In this document: positions 54,064-63,628 of the stretch, piece after piece | How the letters are laid out: every line of letters begins with the position of its first letter | How positions within the stretch are numbered: position 1 is the first letter of the stretch | Origin: an uncultured Candidatus Binatia bacterium | Lineage (GTDB): Bacteria; Desulfobacterota; Binatia; Bin18 | Direction of reading: 5' to 3' | Assembly (NCBI GenBank): GCA_965200965.1 | Contig: OZ241744.1 | Location: 480,001 to 544,000 of the forward strand | Length of the DNA: 64,000 nucleotides | The notes under the pieces: generated by a model | The model's database searches: none | The model's input: the letters and a program-made list of their open reading frames with translations, nothing else | What the model was told of the DNA's origin: nothing | Program-made: the position numbers and the translations under genes

Positions 54064-54912
54064 CTACGGACCGCGGTGTCCGTCCGGCGGAGCCGGCGGG
54101 CCGGGGAGAATCTGGCGCATATAGTGGCTGATGCCTCTGGCCTGTTTCCAGTGGCGCGGATAGCCGAGCGAGACCTCCTCAAACCGCACCCCGTCGCGCC
54201 AGTCGGTCGCCCGCATATGCAGGTGGCCGGACACTACCGCCAGCACTGGGAAGCGCCTGTGCCAGTCCTCGGTCTGGGTGGTTCCGCACCAGATCGCAAA
54301 ACGCGGAATCTTCGTCAGCCGGATCAGGTCTCGGCGGAGCGGAAAATGGTTCACCAGCACTAGCGGATACCGGGTTGATAGGCGCGACAGGCGTTCTTCG
54401 GTCAGCCGGCAGCGCGCCTGACACCAAGCCGGGATGGAGGGATAGGGGGCCGGCGACAGGTGCTTTTCATCGGCGCACAGCACGCCCGATTCCCGCGCCC
54501 AAGCCACCGCTTGATGAGTTGGAATATGGGCTGGACGGAAGCTGTAATCGTACAGCACAAACAACGGGGCCAGGACACACGGCCCACCCTCGCCGGTCCA
54601 GACCGGATACGGGTCTTCAGGGGTCAGGACCCCGTGGGAGCGACACACGGAGACGAGTTGTTGGTATTTTGCCTGGCCACGCACGAGGTGGCCGTCAGCC
54701 GAGCTCGTCCACAGCTCGTGATTGCCGGGCACCCATACGATCTGTCGAAAGCGAGGGCTCAGGATGCGAAAGGCGAGTGCCAGATGCTCGGCGGTCTCGC
54801 CCACATCCCCGCCAAGGATGAGCCAGTCTTCGGGATAGGCGGAGATCTGTTCCAGGGCTTGGCGGTTGGCTTTATAGCCGAGGTGGAGGTCGCTGATTGC
54901 GTAGAGTTTCAT
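54064..54912 (-). CDS. Metallophosphoesterase
   Basis: SDLH, GGDV, PGNHE, NHFP, SGHLH. Confidence 0.9.
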   Translation of the reverse strand: MKLYAISDLHLGYKANRQALEQISAYPEDWLILGGDVGETAEHLALAFRILSPRFRQIVWVPGNHELWTSSADGHLVRGQAKYQQLVSVCRSHGVLTPEDPYPVWTGEGGPCVLAPLFVLYDYSFRPAHIPTHQAVAWARESGVLCADEKHLSPAPYPSIPAWCQARCRLTEERLSRLSTRYPLVLVNHFPLRRDLIRLTKIPRFAIWCGTTQTEDWHRRFPVLAVVSGHLHMRATDWRDGVRFEEVSLGYPRHWKQARGISHYMRQILPGPPAPPDGHRGP

Positions 54913-54932
54913 GCGCGTCTGGGTGTTCACCA

Positions 54933-55802
54933 TCAGTCAAGCTGCCCAAAGCGCTGCCGATAGGCGGCGAGGAGGCGTTCGGCCTGCTCGGCGCGTTGGC
55001 GTTCGTGGTCGGCGCGTTGCTGCTCTTGCTCGGCGCGTTGGCGTTCGTGGTCGGCGCGTTGCTGCTCTTGCTCGGCGCGTTGGCGTTCGTGGTCGGCGCG
55101 TTGCTGCTCTTGCTCGGCGCGTTGGCGTTCGTGGTCGGCGCGTTGCTGCTCTTGCTCGGCGCGTTGGCGTTCGTGGTCGGCCAATTCCTGTGGCGTTGGC
55201 ACGATCTCTCCCCCTGGAGTCATCCACCTCAGCCAGTCTTCGTGGACGACGAGATAGAGCCCTGCCGCCGGCGAGTAGAGCCGCCCCTGTTCATCTGGGG
55301 TGCGCTCTTCGTACTGGGTTGCGCGCAGGTGGTAGCCGGTGAACTCCTGCGAGAAGGGATCGTACAGGTAATACTCGCCAGTGCGGAAGACCCGCTCGTA
55401 CAGGGTTTTCTTGTCACCTTTATCCACCGCGCGGGTGCTGTCCGAGAGCAGCTCGATAATAAGGTCGGGAAAACGCATCCCCTCCTGCCAGACGACCCAA
55501 CTCTTGCGCTCTCGATTGTCTACATCCAGTACCAGAAAGAAGTCCGGTCCACGAAAGCGCCGCTTGTTCTGCGGATCGTAGTGGATGAACATGTTGCCGC
55601 TCGCATAATAGTCTGTCCGGTCGGCCCAGTAGGCCTGCAATGAATAGATCAGGGTCCACATCTGATCCCGATGGCGGGCGGTTTCCATAGGCTCTCCGTC
55701 GTCACACGGCAGATCGTCTTCGGTGGGCAGGGTTTGAATGCTCTCCAGAATGTCGGGCTCGGTAATTGGCTCGGTAAACGAAAATGACTCTGGAAGGCTC
55801 AT
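54933..55802 (-). CDS. Uma2-family (PD-(D/E)XK) endonuclease with repetitive coiled-coil tail
   Basis: LPCDDGEPMET, GPDFF, PDLIIELLSDST..D...K, EYYLYDP; tail (ADHERQRAEQEQQR)n. Confidence 0.9.
   Translation of the reverse strand: MSLPESFSFTEPITEPDILESIQTLPTEDDLPCDDGEPMETARHRDQMWTLIYSLQAYWADRTDYYASGNMFIHYDPQNKRRFRGPDFFLVLDVDNRERKSWVVWQEGMRFPDLIIELLSDSTRAVDKGDKKTLYERVFRTGEYYLYDPFSQEFTGYHLRATQYEERTPDEQGRLYSPAAGLYLVVHEDWLRWMTPGGEIVPTPQELADHERQRAEQEQQRADHERQRAEQEQQRADHERQRAEQEQQRADHERQRAEQEQQRADHERQRAEQAERLLAAYRQRFGQLD
54985..55181. repeat. Perfect 42-bp tandem repeat, about 4.7 copies, inside the Uma2 gene
   Basis: Unit TGCTCGGCGCGTTGGCGTTCGTGGTCGGCGCGTTGCTGCTCT at 54985, 55027, 55069, 55111 and partial at 55153. 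Confidence 0.95.
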
Positions 55803-56007
55803 ACCAGACTCCTGTCGGCCCGCGCGGGCTGTTCGCTCAAAAACATCAGGCTAACTATACTGGAAGCGTTTTGCCTCGCCTGCAATTGTCTGCCGGCCGG
55901 GCCATGTCCGCACGCCTCAACGGTCGGGCTGCTGGTCAATCCGCTGAGCCGCGAACTCGGCCGAGGCGGATGCTGCCGGCCCGGCTGGCGGAAGCCTGAC
56001 CGCCAGC

Positions 56008-56952
56008 CTACTGAAATGCCGGCATTACTTCGCCGGCAAACAGTTTCAGGTTGTCCAGAAAATCGTTCTGGGTCGTATCGCTGAAGACCATCGTGAACAG
56101 GCTGACCCCTTTTGCCTTTTTCTCCTGAATACCCTTGATGACCTGGGCTGGCGTGCCGCGCAAGGCCGTCTTGTCGAGGTCGGCTAGGCGTCCCAGGGTC
56201 TTTTTAGCCAGAGGCCACTTGGCCTCAAAGGCCTGCTCATCTTTGCCCAACACTACAACGACCTGTTCAGAGATTTCGATCTCTGCCGGGTCGCGTCCGA
56301 CCGTTTGGCAGTGCTCGGTAATGACGCCCCATTTCTTGTCAAGCCGCTGGGCGACCGCGGCCGGACAGTTCCAGCGGTCGGCGTGCTGGGCCACGGTTTT
56401 GAGCATGCTGCGCTCCGCGGCCGCGCCAATGGTGATGGGCGGATAGGGTTTCTGGACCGGTTTCGGATTGTTGTAGGCATCGCTGATCGTATAGTGCTCG
56501 CCCTGGTAGGAGGCTTTCTCCTCGGTGAACATCTTTTTGATGATCTCGACCCCTTCTCTGAGTTGCTCGGCCCGTGTGCCGCCGGAGGGGAAGTCGTAGC
56601 CGTAGCCCAGATACTCGGCTTTCATCCAGCCCGCGCCGAGTCCGAGTTCAAGACGGCCTTGGCTGATGTTATCGAGCGAAGCAGCCATTTTGGCCAAAAA
56701 GGCCGGATTGCGAAACGAGTTGCATACCACCAGACTGCCGATCCGAATCGTGTTGGTGGCGGTTGCCAGCGCCGACATGAGTGTCCAGCCTTCCAGAAAA
56801 TCAACCTGCGGAATCCCGCCGACCCACATATGATCGGTCACCCAAATCGAGTGAAAGCCGGCCTCCTCGCAGGCGTGCGCGCGCTCGACGATGGCCGGGA
56901 AGGGCAGCCCGACCTGGGGCTGGAACAGACCAAATTGAATAGGGCGTGCCAT
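56008..56952 (-). CDS. LLM-class oxidoreductase, probably F420-dependent
   Basis: GFHSIWVTDH, FRNPAFLAKMAASLDNISQGRLELGLGAGW, PKPVQKP, HADRWN. Confidence 0.9.
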   Translation of the reverse strand: MARPIQFGLFQPQVGLPFPAIVERAHACEEAGFHSIWVTDHMWVGGIPQVDFLEGWTLMSALATATNTIRIGSLVVCNSFRNPAFLAKMAASLDNISQGRLELGLGAGWMKAEYLGYGYDFPSGGTRAEQLREGVEIIKKMFTEEKASYQGEHYTISDAYNNPKPVQKPYPPITIGAAAERSMLKTVAQHADRWNCPAAVAQRLDKKWGVITEHCQTVGRDPAEIEISEQVVVVLGKDEQAFEAKWPLAKKTLGRLADLDKTALRGTPAQVIKGIQEKKAKGVSLFTMVFSDTTQNDFLDNLKLFAGEVMPAFQ

Positions 56953-57098
56953 ACTGTCCTCCTTCGTTTCAGCAGTCAGCTATCAGCCCTCAGCCGAAGA
57001 TACAAGAATGCCGCTCCCGCTTGGGCACCTTACTGCTTGACTTTGGACCGGGCTGGGGGAAAGATACCGGCTGGACACCATCGCAACAGCGAGGACGT

Positions 57099-58247
57099 AT
57101 GGACTTTGAACTGACCGCTGAACAGCAGATGCTGAAGGATATGTGCCGCGATTTTGCCCGCAAAGAGATCGCGCCCTACGCCGATGAATGGTTTGATGCC
57201 GGGTATTTTCCGACCGAGATCTTTCATAAGCTGGCCGACCTCCAACTCATGGGCCTGCTCATCCCCGAGAAGTACGGCGGCAGCGGTGCCGGCACAATGG
57301 CCATGGTGGCTGCCCTTGAAGAGTTGGGCAAGGTCGATCAGTCGATTGCTACCACCCTGCAAGCCCATCTGACGATCGGCTCCTTGCCCTTTTTGCGCTT
57401 TGGCACTGAGGAGCAGAAGCACACTTGGCTTACCCCGCTGGCGCGCGGCGAACGCTTGGGCGCGTTTGGCCTGACCGAACCGCAGGCCGGCTCTGACGCG
57501 GCCAATATCCAGACCACCTCATACCTGGACGGCGACGCGTGGGTCGTCAACGGCACCAAGTGTTTTATCTCAAACGCCGGAACGCCGCTCAGTTATGGGC
57601 TGGTGGCGCTGACCACCGACCGCGCCGGCGGGAACGGGAAACGGGCCTATCGGGCCATTATCATTCCCAAAGACACGCCCGGCTATACGATCGGCACGCC
57701 GTATAAGAAGATCGGCTGGCATACGGTTGATACCCGCGAGCAGATATTTGAAAACGTGCGCGTGCCCCGCGACAATCTGTTAGGCGAGGACGGCTCCGGC
57801 TTTCGGGCTTTTCTCAAGACCCTGGACTGTGGCCGGATCTCGGTTGCCACGCTTGGCCTGTCTCTGGCCGAAGCGTGTCTGACCATGTCACTCCGGTACG
57901 CCCAAGAGCGCAAGACATTTGGCAAGCCGCTGGCGTCGCACCAGGCGATTCAGTTCAAGCTGGCGGATATGGCGACCCAGGTCGATATGGCCAGACTCAT
58001 GGTCTACCGCGCCGCGGGGCTGCGCGACCAGGGCCGGCCATACGCCAAGGAGGCTGCTATGGCCAAGCTGGCCTCGTCCGAGATCGCGGTCAAGGCGGCA
58101 GAAGAAGCGGTCCAGATTCACGGCGGCTACGGCTATACTCGCGACTTTCCGGTGTCGCGCTTCTATCTCGACTCAAAGATTCTGACGATTGGCGAGGGCA
58201 CCAGCGAGGTGCAACGGATGGTGATTGCCCGGCAGCTGGGCTGCTGA
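57099..58247 (+). CDS. Acyl-CoA dehydrogenase
   Basis: FGLTEPQAGSD, NGTKCFI, RKTFGKPL, QIHGGYGY, IGEGTSEVQR. Confidence 0.94.
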   Translation: MDFELTAEQQMLKDMCRDFARKEIAPYADEWFDAGYFPTEIFHKLADLQLMGLLIPEKYGGSGAGTMAMVAALEELGKVDQSIATTLQAHLTIGSLPFLRFGTEEQKHTWLTPLARGERLGAFGLTEPQAGSDAANIQTTSYLDGDAWVVNGTKCFISNAGTPLSYGLVALTTDRAGGNGKRAYRAIIIPKDTPGYTIGTPYKKIGWHTVDTREQIFENVRVPRDNLLGEDGSGFRAFLKTLDCGRISVATLGLSLAEACLTMSLRYAQERKTFGKPLASHQAIQFKLADMATQVDMARLMVYRAAGLRDQGRPYAKEAAMAKLASSEIAVKAAEEAVQIHGGYGYTRDFPVSRFYLDSKILTIGEGTSEVQRMVIARQLGC

Positions 58248-58333
58248 AGACGGTAAAAGAGAGCGTTGATTTCCTCCCGGGTGAAGAGTGGTCATCAACG
58301 AGAGCGTGTAGACTCTTGACCGAGGAAATCCGT

Positions 58334-59101
58334 ATGACCGTTCCCTATTTTGACCTGAGCGGTAAAGTTGCCCTGATCACCGGCGGGAGCAAAGGCTTGG
58401 GCGAGCAGATGGCTTATGGCTTGGCCGAGGTCGGGGCCGAGCTGGCGCTGATTAGCCGGACCCAGGCCGATCTCGACCGGGTCTCGGCCGAGATTCAGCG
58501 TGCGAGCGGTCGCCGGGTCATTGGCGTGGCGGCGGATGTGACCGAGGAGGCCGATATTGAGCGCATGGTCGGGCAGGTCATGGCCGAGTACGGCCGGATC
58601 GATATTTTGATCAACAACGCTGGCATGGGGGGCACGACGCCGATTCGGGAACTGGCCGAGGAAGAGTGGGACAGCTATATGAACCTGAATCTGAAGGGAC
58701 CGGTGTTCTGTGCCAAACACGTTGGAGCGGAAATGGCCAAGCGCAAGAAAGGCACAATTATCAACGTCTCGTCGCTGTTCTCACAGATCGTCGCCCGCTA
58801 TATGGCGGCCTACGGGGCGACCAAGGCCGCCCTGGTCCATTTTACCCGGACGCTGGCGCTCGAATGGGCCCGGGACAACATCCGGGTGAACGCCCTGTGT
58901 CCGGGTTATTTTGCCACGCCGATGAACGCCGGTTTCTGGGAGACCAAGGGGGGCAAGAGCATTATCGCCAAAATTCCGATGCAACGGGTCGGCAATCCTC
59001 CAGAAATCAAACCCTCGGTCATCTTTCTGGCCTCGGACGCCAATACGTTTATGACCGGCACCACCTTATTTGTCGATGGCGGGCATAGTCTGGTGGGCTA
59101 G
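58334..59101 (+). CDS. SDR oxidoreductase
   Basis: TGGSKGLG, NNAG, YGATK, NALCPG. Confidence 0.92.
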   Translation: MTVPYFDLSGKVALITGGSKGLGEQMAYGLAEVGAELALISRTQADLDRVSAEIQRASGRRVIGVAADVTEEADIERMVGQVMAEYGRIDILINNAGMGGTTPIRELAEEEWDSYMNLNLKGPVFCAKHVGAEMAKRKKGTIINVSSLFSQIVARYMAAYGATKAALVHFTRTLALEWARDNIRVNALCPGYFATPMNAGFWETKGGKSIIAKIPMQRVGNPPEIKPSVIFLASDANTFMTGTTLFVDGGHSLVG

Positions 59102-59157
59102 CGGCCTGAGCTGGAAACGCCGACCGGGACAGGCCCGCGGCCGGCGAGGGACAAGCT

Positions 59158-59382
59158 ATGGAGAAATACCGATTCTGTGTGGTGGCCGAAAAAGATCAAG
59201 ACGGATACTTTGCTTTCTGTCCCGAGCTCCAGGGCTGTTGCACGCAGGGGGAGACATATGAGCACGCTCTGGAAAATATGGAAGACGCTATTCGTCTCCA
59301 TGTTGAAGATCGCCTGGCCGCCGGGGAAGACATTCCTCAATCCGGATCGGTCAGTCTGACCGCGCTGGAAATCGGGGTATGA
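59158..59382 (+). CDS. hicB: HicB-family antitoxin
   Basis: GYFAFCPELQGCCTQGETYEHALENMEDAIRLHVE..GEDIP. Confidence 0.9.
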   Translation: MEKYRFCVVAEKDQDGYFAFCPELQGCCTQGETYEHALENMEDAIRLHVEDRLAAGEDIPQSGSVSLTALEIGV

Positions 59383-59610
59383 GCGACAAGATCCCACGGG
59401 TGACTGCGACCGAGATAATCAGAGCCTTGGAGCGGGACGGATTTTTCCTTGCTCGTCAGAGCGGGAGTCACAAGATATACAGAAATGGCCAAGGTCGGCG
59501 GGTTACTGTTCCATATCATGTCGGCAGAATTGTCCACCCCAAAGTTCCGAGGAACATCCGCCGACGATGCAGACTGGCCAGTGGAAACGTTTCAGACCTT
59601 GCTCGCCTAA
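59379..59610 (+). pseudogene. hicA: HicA-family toxin with 3' frameshift
   Basis: IRALERDGF..RQSGSH..RVTVPYH..HPKV; the expected tail DDADWPVETFQTLLA* lies in a shifted frame after about 59560. Confidence 0.75.
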
Positions 59611-59643
59611 TGGGGGCGAGGACAGAATATGTGGAGCAGACGC

Positions 59644-60957
59644 ATGGCAGCCTGGCAACACACCTACAAAGATAAACTTATTTCTGCCGAGCAGGCGGCG
59701 CACCTGACCAAATCCGGCCAGATCGTCCGGCTCCATATCGGCAAACCGCCTATTCCCATTCTCGACGCCCTGGCCAAGCGCAACGGCCAGCTTGAGAATG
59801 TGACGCTGATCCAGTGCTATCCCTTGTACAACCACCCGATCTGGAACGAGCCGGGCTACGACCCGTCCTTTCACCTGATTGTGGACTATGTGGGGGCCGG
59901 CTGCCGCCGGGGGATGCAGAAACACTATGTGGACTTTCTGCCCCTGGATTATCCCCAGTACGCCAAGCAGCTTGAGGCCGGGCGCACCAACACTTGGCAG
60001 GCCGATATCTTCTACGGCGTGGTCTCGCCGCCCAACGAGCGCGGCTATTGCAGCTTTGGCAACGCCCTGTGGTACAACAAAGACGCGGCCCGGGCGGCCA
60101 CATGCTTTGTCGCCGAGGTCGATCCGACCTTTATCCGTACCCACGGCGATAACTGGATTCATGTCTCAGAGATTGATTATCTGGTTGAGGAAACCGCTCC
60201 CTTTCCAGTCGGAACGGCTCCACCGCCGGCGGAAGAGCAGGGCACGCTTGAGGTGATCGGGGAGTTTGCTGCCAGTTTGATCCGCGACGGTGATACGGTC
60301 CAGATGGGCATCGGTGCCATCTCCGAGGCCATCGGTCTGTTTCTGATGGACCGTAACGACCTTGGCATCCATAGTGAGATCATGACCGCCAGCCATGTCG
60401 AGCTGGTCAAGTGCGGCGTTGCGACCGGCAACTACAAAACAACCCACAAGGGCAAAGCGGTGGCCGCTATGGTGGTGGGCGGGGCCGACCTGGAGTTTGT
60501 GAATAACAACCCGGTCTTTGAGTTGTACAGCGTGCTGTACACCAATTCCCTGCTGAATATCGCCGCACAAAACCACCAAGTCGCGGTCAACAGCACCCTG
60601 GCCCTTGACCTGACCGGGCAGGCCGCAGCCGAGTCGCTCGGCCCTCAGATGTACTCCGGCATTGGCGGGCAGATGACATTTATGATGGGGGCCATGTATT
60701 CACCGGGTGGGCGCTCAATCATGGTCCTGCCGTCCACGGCGAAAAGGGGCCAGTTGTCCCGGATCGTTCCCATGCTTGAGCCGGGCAGCACGCTGACGAC
60801 CCCCCGCCAGTATGCCGACTATGTGGTCACCGAGTTTGGCGTGGTGAATCTCCAGGGCAAGACGCAGCGTCAGCGGGCCGAGGCCTTGATAGAGATTGCC
60901 CACCCGGATTTTCAACCGGAACTCAAAGCCCAGGCCAAAAAGATGTTCTGGCCGTGA
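59644..60957 (+). CDS. Acetyl-CoA hydrolase/transferase (4-hydroxybutyrate CoA-transferase-like)
   Basis: DGDTVQMGIG, LGIHSE, SGIGGQ..F, YVVTEFG, LIEIAHPDF. Confidence 0.92.
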   Translation: MAAWQHTYKDKLISAEQAAHLTKSGQIVRLHIGKPPIPILDALAKRNGQLENVTLIQCYPLYNHPIWNEPGYDPSFHLIVDYVGAGCRRGMQKHYVDFLPLDYPQYAKQLEAGRTNTWQADIFYGVVSPPNERGYCSFGNALWYNKDAARAATCFVAEVDPTFIRTHGDNWIHVSEIDYLVEETAPFPVGTAPPPAEEQGTLEVIGEFAASLIRDGDTVQMGIGAISEAIGLFLMDRNDLGIHSEIMTASHVELVKCGVATGNYKTTHKGKAVAAMVVGGADLEFVNNNPVFELYSVLYTNSLLNIAAQNHQVAVNSTLALDLTGQAAAESLGPQMYSGIGGQMTFMMGAMYSPGGRSIMVLPSTAKRGQLSRIVPMLEPGSTLTTPRQYADYVVTEFGVVNLQGKTQRQRAEALIEIAHPDFQPELKAQAKKMFWP

Positions 60958-60966
60958 TGCCAGCAG

Positions 60967-60995
60967 AAAAACGGGCACGGTCTCGCGTGCCCGTT
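60967..60995 (-). terminator. Intrinsic terminator between convergent genes
   Basis: AACGGGCACG-6nt-CGTGCCCGTT stem with a T-run on the minus strand. Confidence 0.7.
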
Positions 60996-61020
60996 GGGCC
61001 TGTCCTGGCCTGAACGCGGT

Positions 61021-61422
61021 TTAGCCGGCCAGCACATCGTTGGCGTGCATGGTATCGAGGTATTCGCGGACGGCCGTGACCTTACCACTCTCGCACTCAA
61101 CCAGGAAGTGGTACAGATTGTTGTAGACCTTGCCGTTGGCGTGCTCACCGTAGGATTCGGCCTCAACCGCGACCCGGTTGCCCTCCGCGGTCACACCCTT
61201 GGCCGTAATTTTCAAGCCCTTGGGCAGGGCGTCACCCATGCCTTGGAGCAGTTGAGTAAACTCGGCCTTAGTCTTTGTGCCGGCCAGCGGAAAGTTCCTG
61301 GGGTCGCCGGCGACCCACCATGTCGCGTTATCTGCCATCGCGCCCAGGAAGGCTTCGGTATTGCCGGCCGACATGTCTTCGAAGAAACCCAGCACCAGTT
61401 TTTTGTTCTCCTCTGCACTCAT
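61021..61422 (-). CDS. SnoaL-like / NTF2-family protein
   Basis: MSAEENKKLV, ATWWVAG, AEGNRVAVE, YNNLYHF, VREYLDT; AAGGAGG RBS. Confidence 0.9.
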   Translation of the reverse strand: MSAEENKKLVLGFFEDMSAGNTEAFLGAMADNATWWVAGDPRNFPLAGTKTKAEFTQLLQGMGDALPKGLKITAKGVTAEGNRVAVEAESYGEHANGKVYNNLYHFLVECESGKVTAVREYLDTMHANDVLAG

Positions 61423-61586
61423 CAGAGCTACCTCCTTTGTACGCCGCGGCGCACGGTTGTGGATGAATCTGCCTGCCTTATAGTCCATGTGGCCAGGGTT
61501 TGGCAACCGGGCGGCCACACGCTATAAGCGGAGCAGGGAAGGGCCGAGCCCGGCCCTTTCAACCGACACACAGAGGGGAGACACAT

Positions 61587-62411
61587 GTGCTGGAAACGAT
61601 TGCTTCGGGCTATGGGCTGATTGAAGGGCCACGGGTGGACGGGGATGGAAACCTGTTCTTCAGCGATGTCACAAACGGCGGCGTATACCGCCGCTCGCCG
61701 AGTGGGGAGGTTGCAACAGTTGTCCCAAAGCGGCGAGGCGTGGGCGGGATTGCGCTGCACGCCGACGGCGGGCTAGTCGTCTCCGGCAAGAACATCTGCC
61801 ATGTCAAAGACGGGGCGAGCCGTATCCTGTTTCAGCACGGAGACATCCCCGGCTTTAACGACATCTTCACCGATAGCGCCGGTCGGGTCTATGCCGGGGC
61901 CTTGCGGTCTGACCCGTTCAAGCTCCAAAGCCGGACCCCGGGCGAGCTGTGGCGGATTGAAGCCGAGGGTCAGGCGACCGAGATGTACGGCAATATCGGC
62001 ATTACAAACGGCATTGGCGCGTCGCCGGACGGCAGACTGCTGTACCACGCCGATAGCGCGGTAAAACAGGTCATTATGCATGACATCACCGTGGACGGAA
62101 CGGCGACCAAGCGGCGAGTTTTTGCCACGCTTAACGAGGTTCCTGACGGCTTAGCGGTTGACGAGTCCGGCCGTGTCTGGGTGGCGGTCTATGGCGGGGG
62201 CTGCGCTACCTGCTTTGCGCCCGACGGCACGGTCGATCATGTTCTTGAGGTGCCGGCCAAGGCCGTCACCAGCCTGTGTTTTGGCGGTCAGGACCGCCGC
62301 GATCTGTACATTGTGACCGCCGACAACACCGAAGCACCAGACCGCAAAGGCACGATTTTTCACACCCGGGTGGCGGTACCCGGGCTGGCCGTTCCGCCGG
62401 TAACGGTGTGA
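61587..62411 (+). CDS. SMP-30/gluconolactonase/LRE family protein
   Basis: EGPRVD, FND, NGIGASPDG, PDGLAVD, TSLCFGG; GTG start. Confidence 0.92.
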   Translation: MLETIASGYGLIEGPRVDGDGNLFFSDVTNGGVYRRSPSGEVATVVPKRRGVGGIALHADGGLVVSGKNICHVKDGASRILFQHGDIPGFNDIFTDSAGRVYAGALRSDPFKLQSRTPGELWRIEAEGQATEMYGNIGITNGIGASPDGRLLYHADSAVKQVIMHDITVDGTATKRRVFATLNEVPDGLAVDESGRVWVAVYGGGCATCFAPDGTVDHVLEVPAKAVTSLCFGGQDRRDLYIVTADNTEAPDRKGTIFHTRVAVPGLAVPPVTV

Positions 62412-62585
62412 GCGCGAATACAGCCGAGAAAGGCTGAATTGGAGCGGGGAGGGAAGGACTCGCCCATCTCCCCTCGAGAAGCTGGGGACAAGGACTGCCG
62501 GCATTCAAGGGGTTTGTCTGTACGGAGCCTTAGGAGATTGGGTATTGAGTCCTGGACTGTGAGGTTGGACGGGTTGGGAGGTTTT

Positions 62586-62968
62586 ATGGATATCGCTAAA
62601 GCGGCCGCAGTTTTACAGGATTTGGCAACTGGAACAGACCCCATTACCGGAGAAACACTTCCTCCGAACAGCCTCTACAACAATCCTGACGTTATTCGCG
62701 CCCTGTTCGTATGTATCCGGTACATCGAAAATCCTCGGAAGCCAAAAGGCGAAGGAAAAATGTCCATTGACGAGAGGCGGGCAACAATCTGGATAGGGGA
62801 CTTCAAAAAAATGCTGGCTTACCGTGGACTGATGATTTAAGAAGGAAATTAGCGAGTGACTTTGGAGCCGGCTACTCTTTTGCTGACTTGGCTAACAAGT
62901 TTGAGAGAACAAAAGGAGCGATCGTTTCAGAGTTGACAAAACAAGGGCTTATATCAGATAAATATTAG
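62586..62968 (+). pseudogene. Hypothetical protein with HTH-like C-terminus, frameshifted
   Basis: MDIAKAAAVLQDLATGTDPITGETLP..NNPDVIRALF continues in another frame as NAGLPWTDD..LANKFERTKGAIVSELTKQGLI; shift near 62785; lower GC. Confidence 0.6.
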
Positions 62969-62974
62969 TGGGAT

Positions 62975-63382
62975 GTGGAACCCCGGAAGCCCAACGCGCC
63001 CCCTGTATCCCCTCAAGATTCGCGTCAAGGATGCCCTTGAGTATATCTATTGGCTGGGGAAGACGGATTATCCGAAAGCCCAGCAATACAAATCCGTCCA
63101 TCCTCATTGAGTGCGGCAACAATGAAAGCAACAGCGCCTGTCTGAATGGGCTGAAGGCAGGCTGGGAGAAAAATTCGTCCTGCACGATTTCCCGCTGAAC
63201 TCCCTCGGTTTTTCATCGAGTTCTGCACAGATCCCCATAACTTGGTTCTTGATCCCTTCGCTGGGTCCAGCACTACTGATATGGTAGCTGAAAAATTTGG
63301 GCGGCGATGGAGAGCAATTGAGGAGAATGAACAATACTGGAAGGATTCAAAACTAAGATTTTTTTCGAGAAGAACACATTAA
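62975..63382 (+). pseudogene. Decayed N4-cytosine DNA methyltransferase (M.PvuII-like) C-terminal remnant
   Basis: IRVKDALEYIYWLGKTDYPKA / ILIECGNNESNS / RPARFPAELPRFFIEFCTD..LVLDPFAGSSTT..AEKFGRRW spread across frames. Confidence 0.7.
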
Positions 63383-63628
63383 TGATGATAAGGATTGGTG
63401 GTACACAGCAGCAGCTTCATCTGTCAGAAGAGTCTGCATCGTGAACAAACGGGTGTCTACATATCAATATGGGCGCGAACATGGCAGCCGTCCGCGCGGT
63501 GTCAAGCGACGCCGCCCGCCGCATCCCTGCCCCGGCTGAGGGCGAGGTGTCCCACTGGCTATTGCCCACAAAGGTCGGTATCCTAGTACAGTGTAAGAGG
63601 ACAGCCACAGGGGAGGGGGGGGGTGAGG

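Noticed and set aside
54985-55181. 42-bp repeats as a CRISPR array
   Set aside because: Units are contiguous with no unique spacers, lie in frame inside a CDS, and no cas genes are present.
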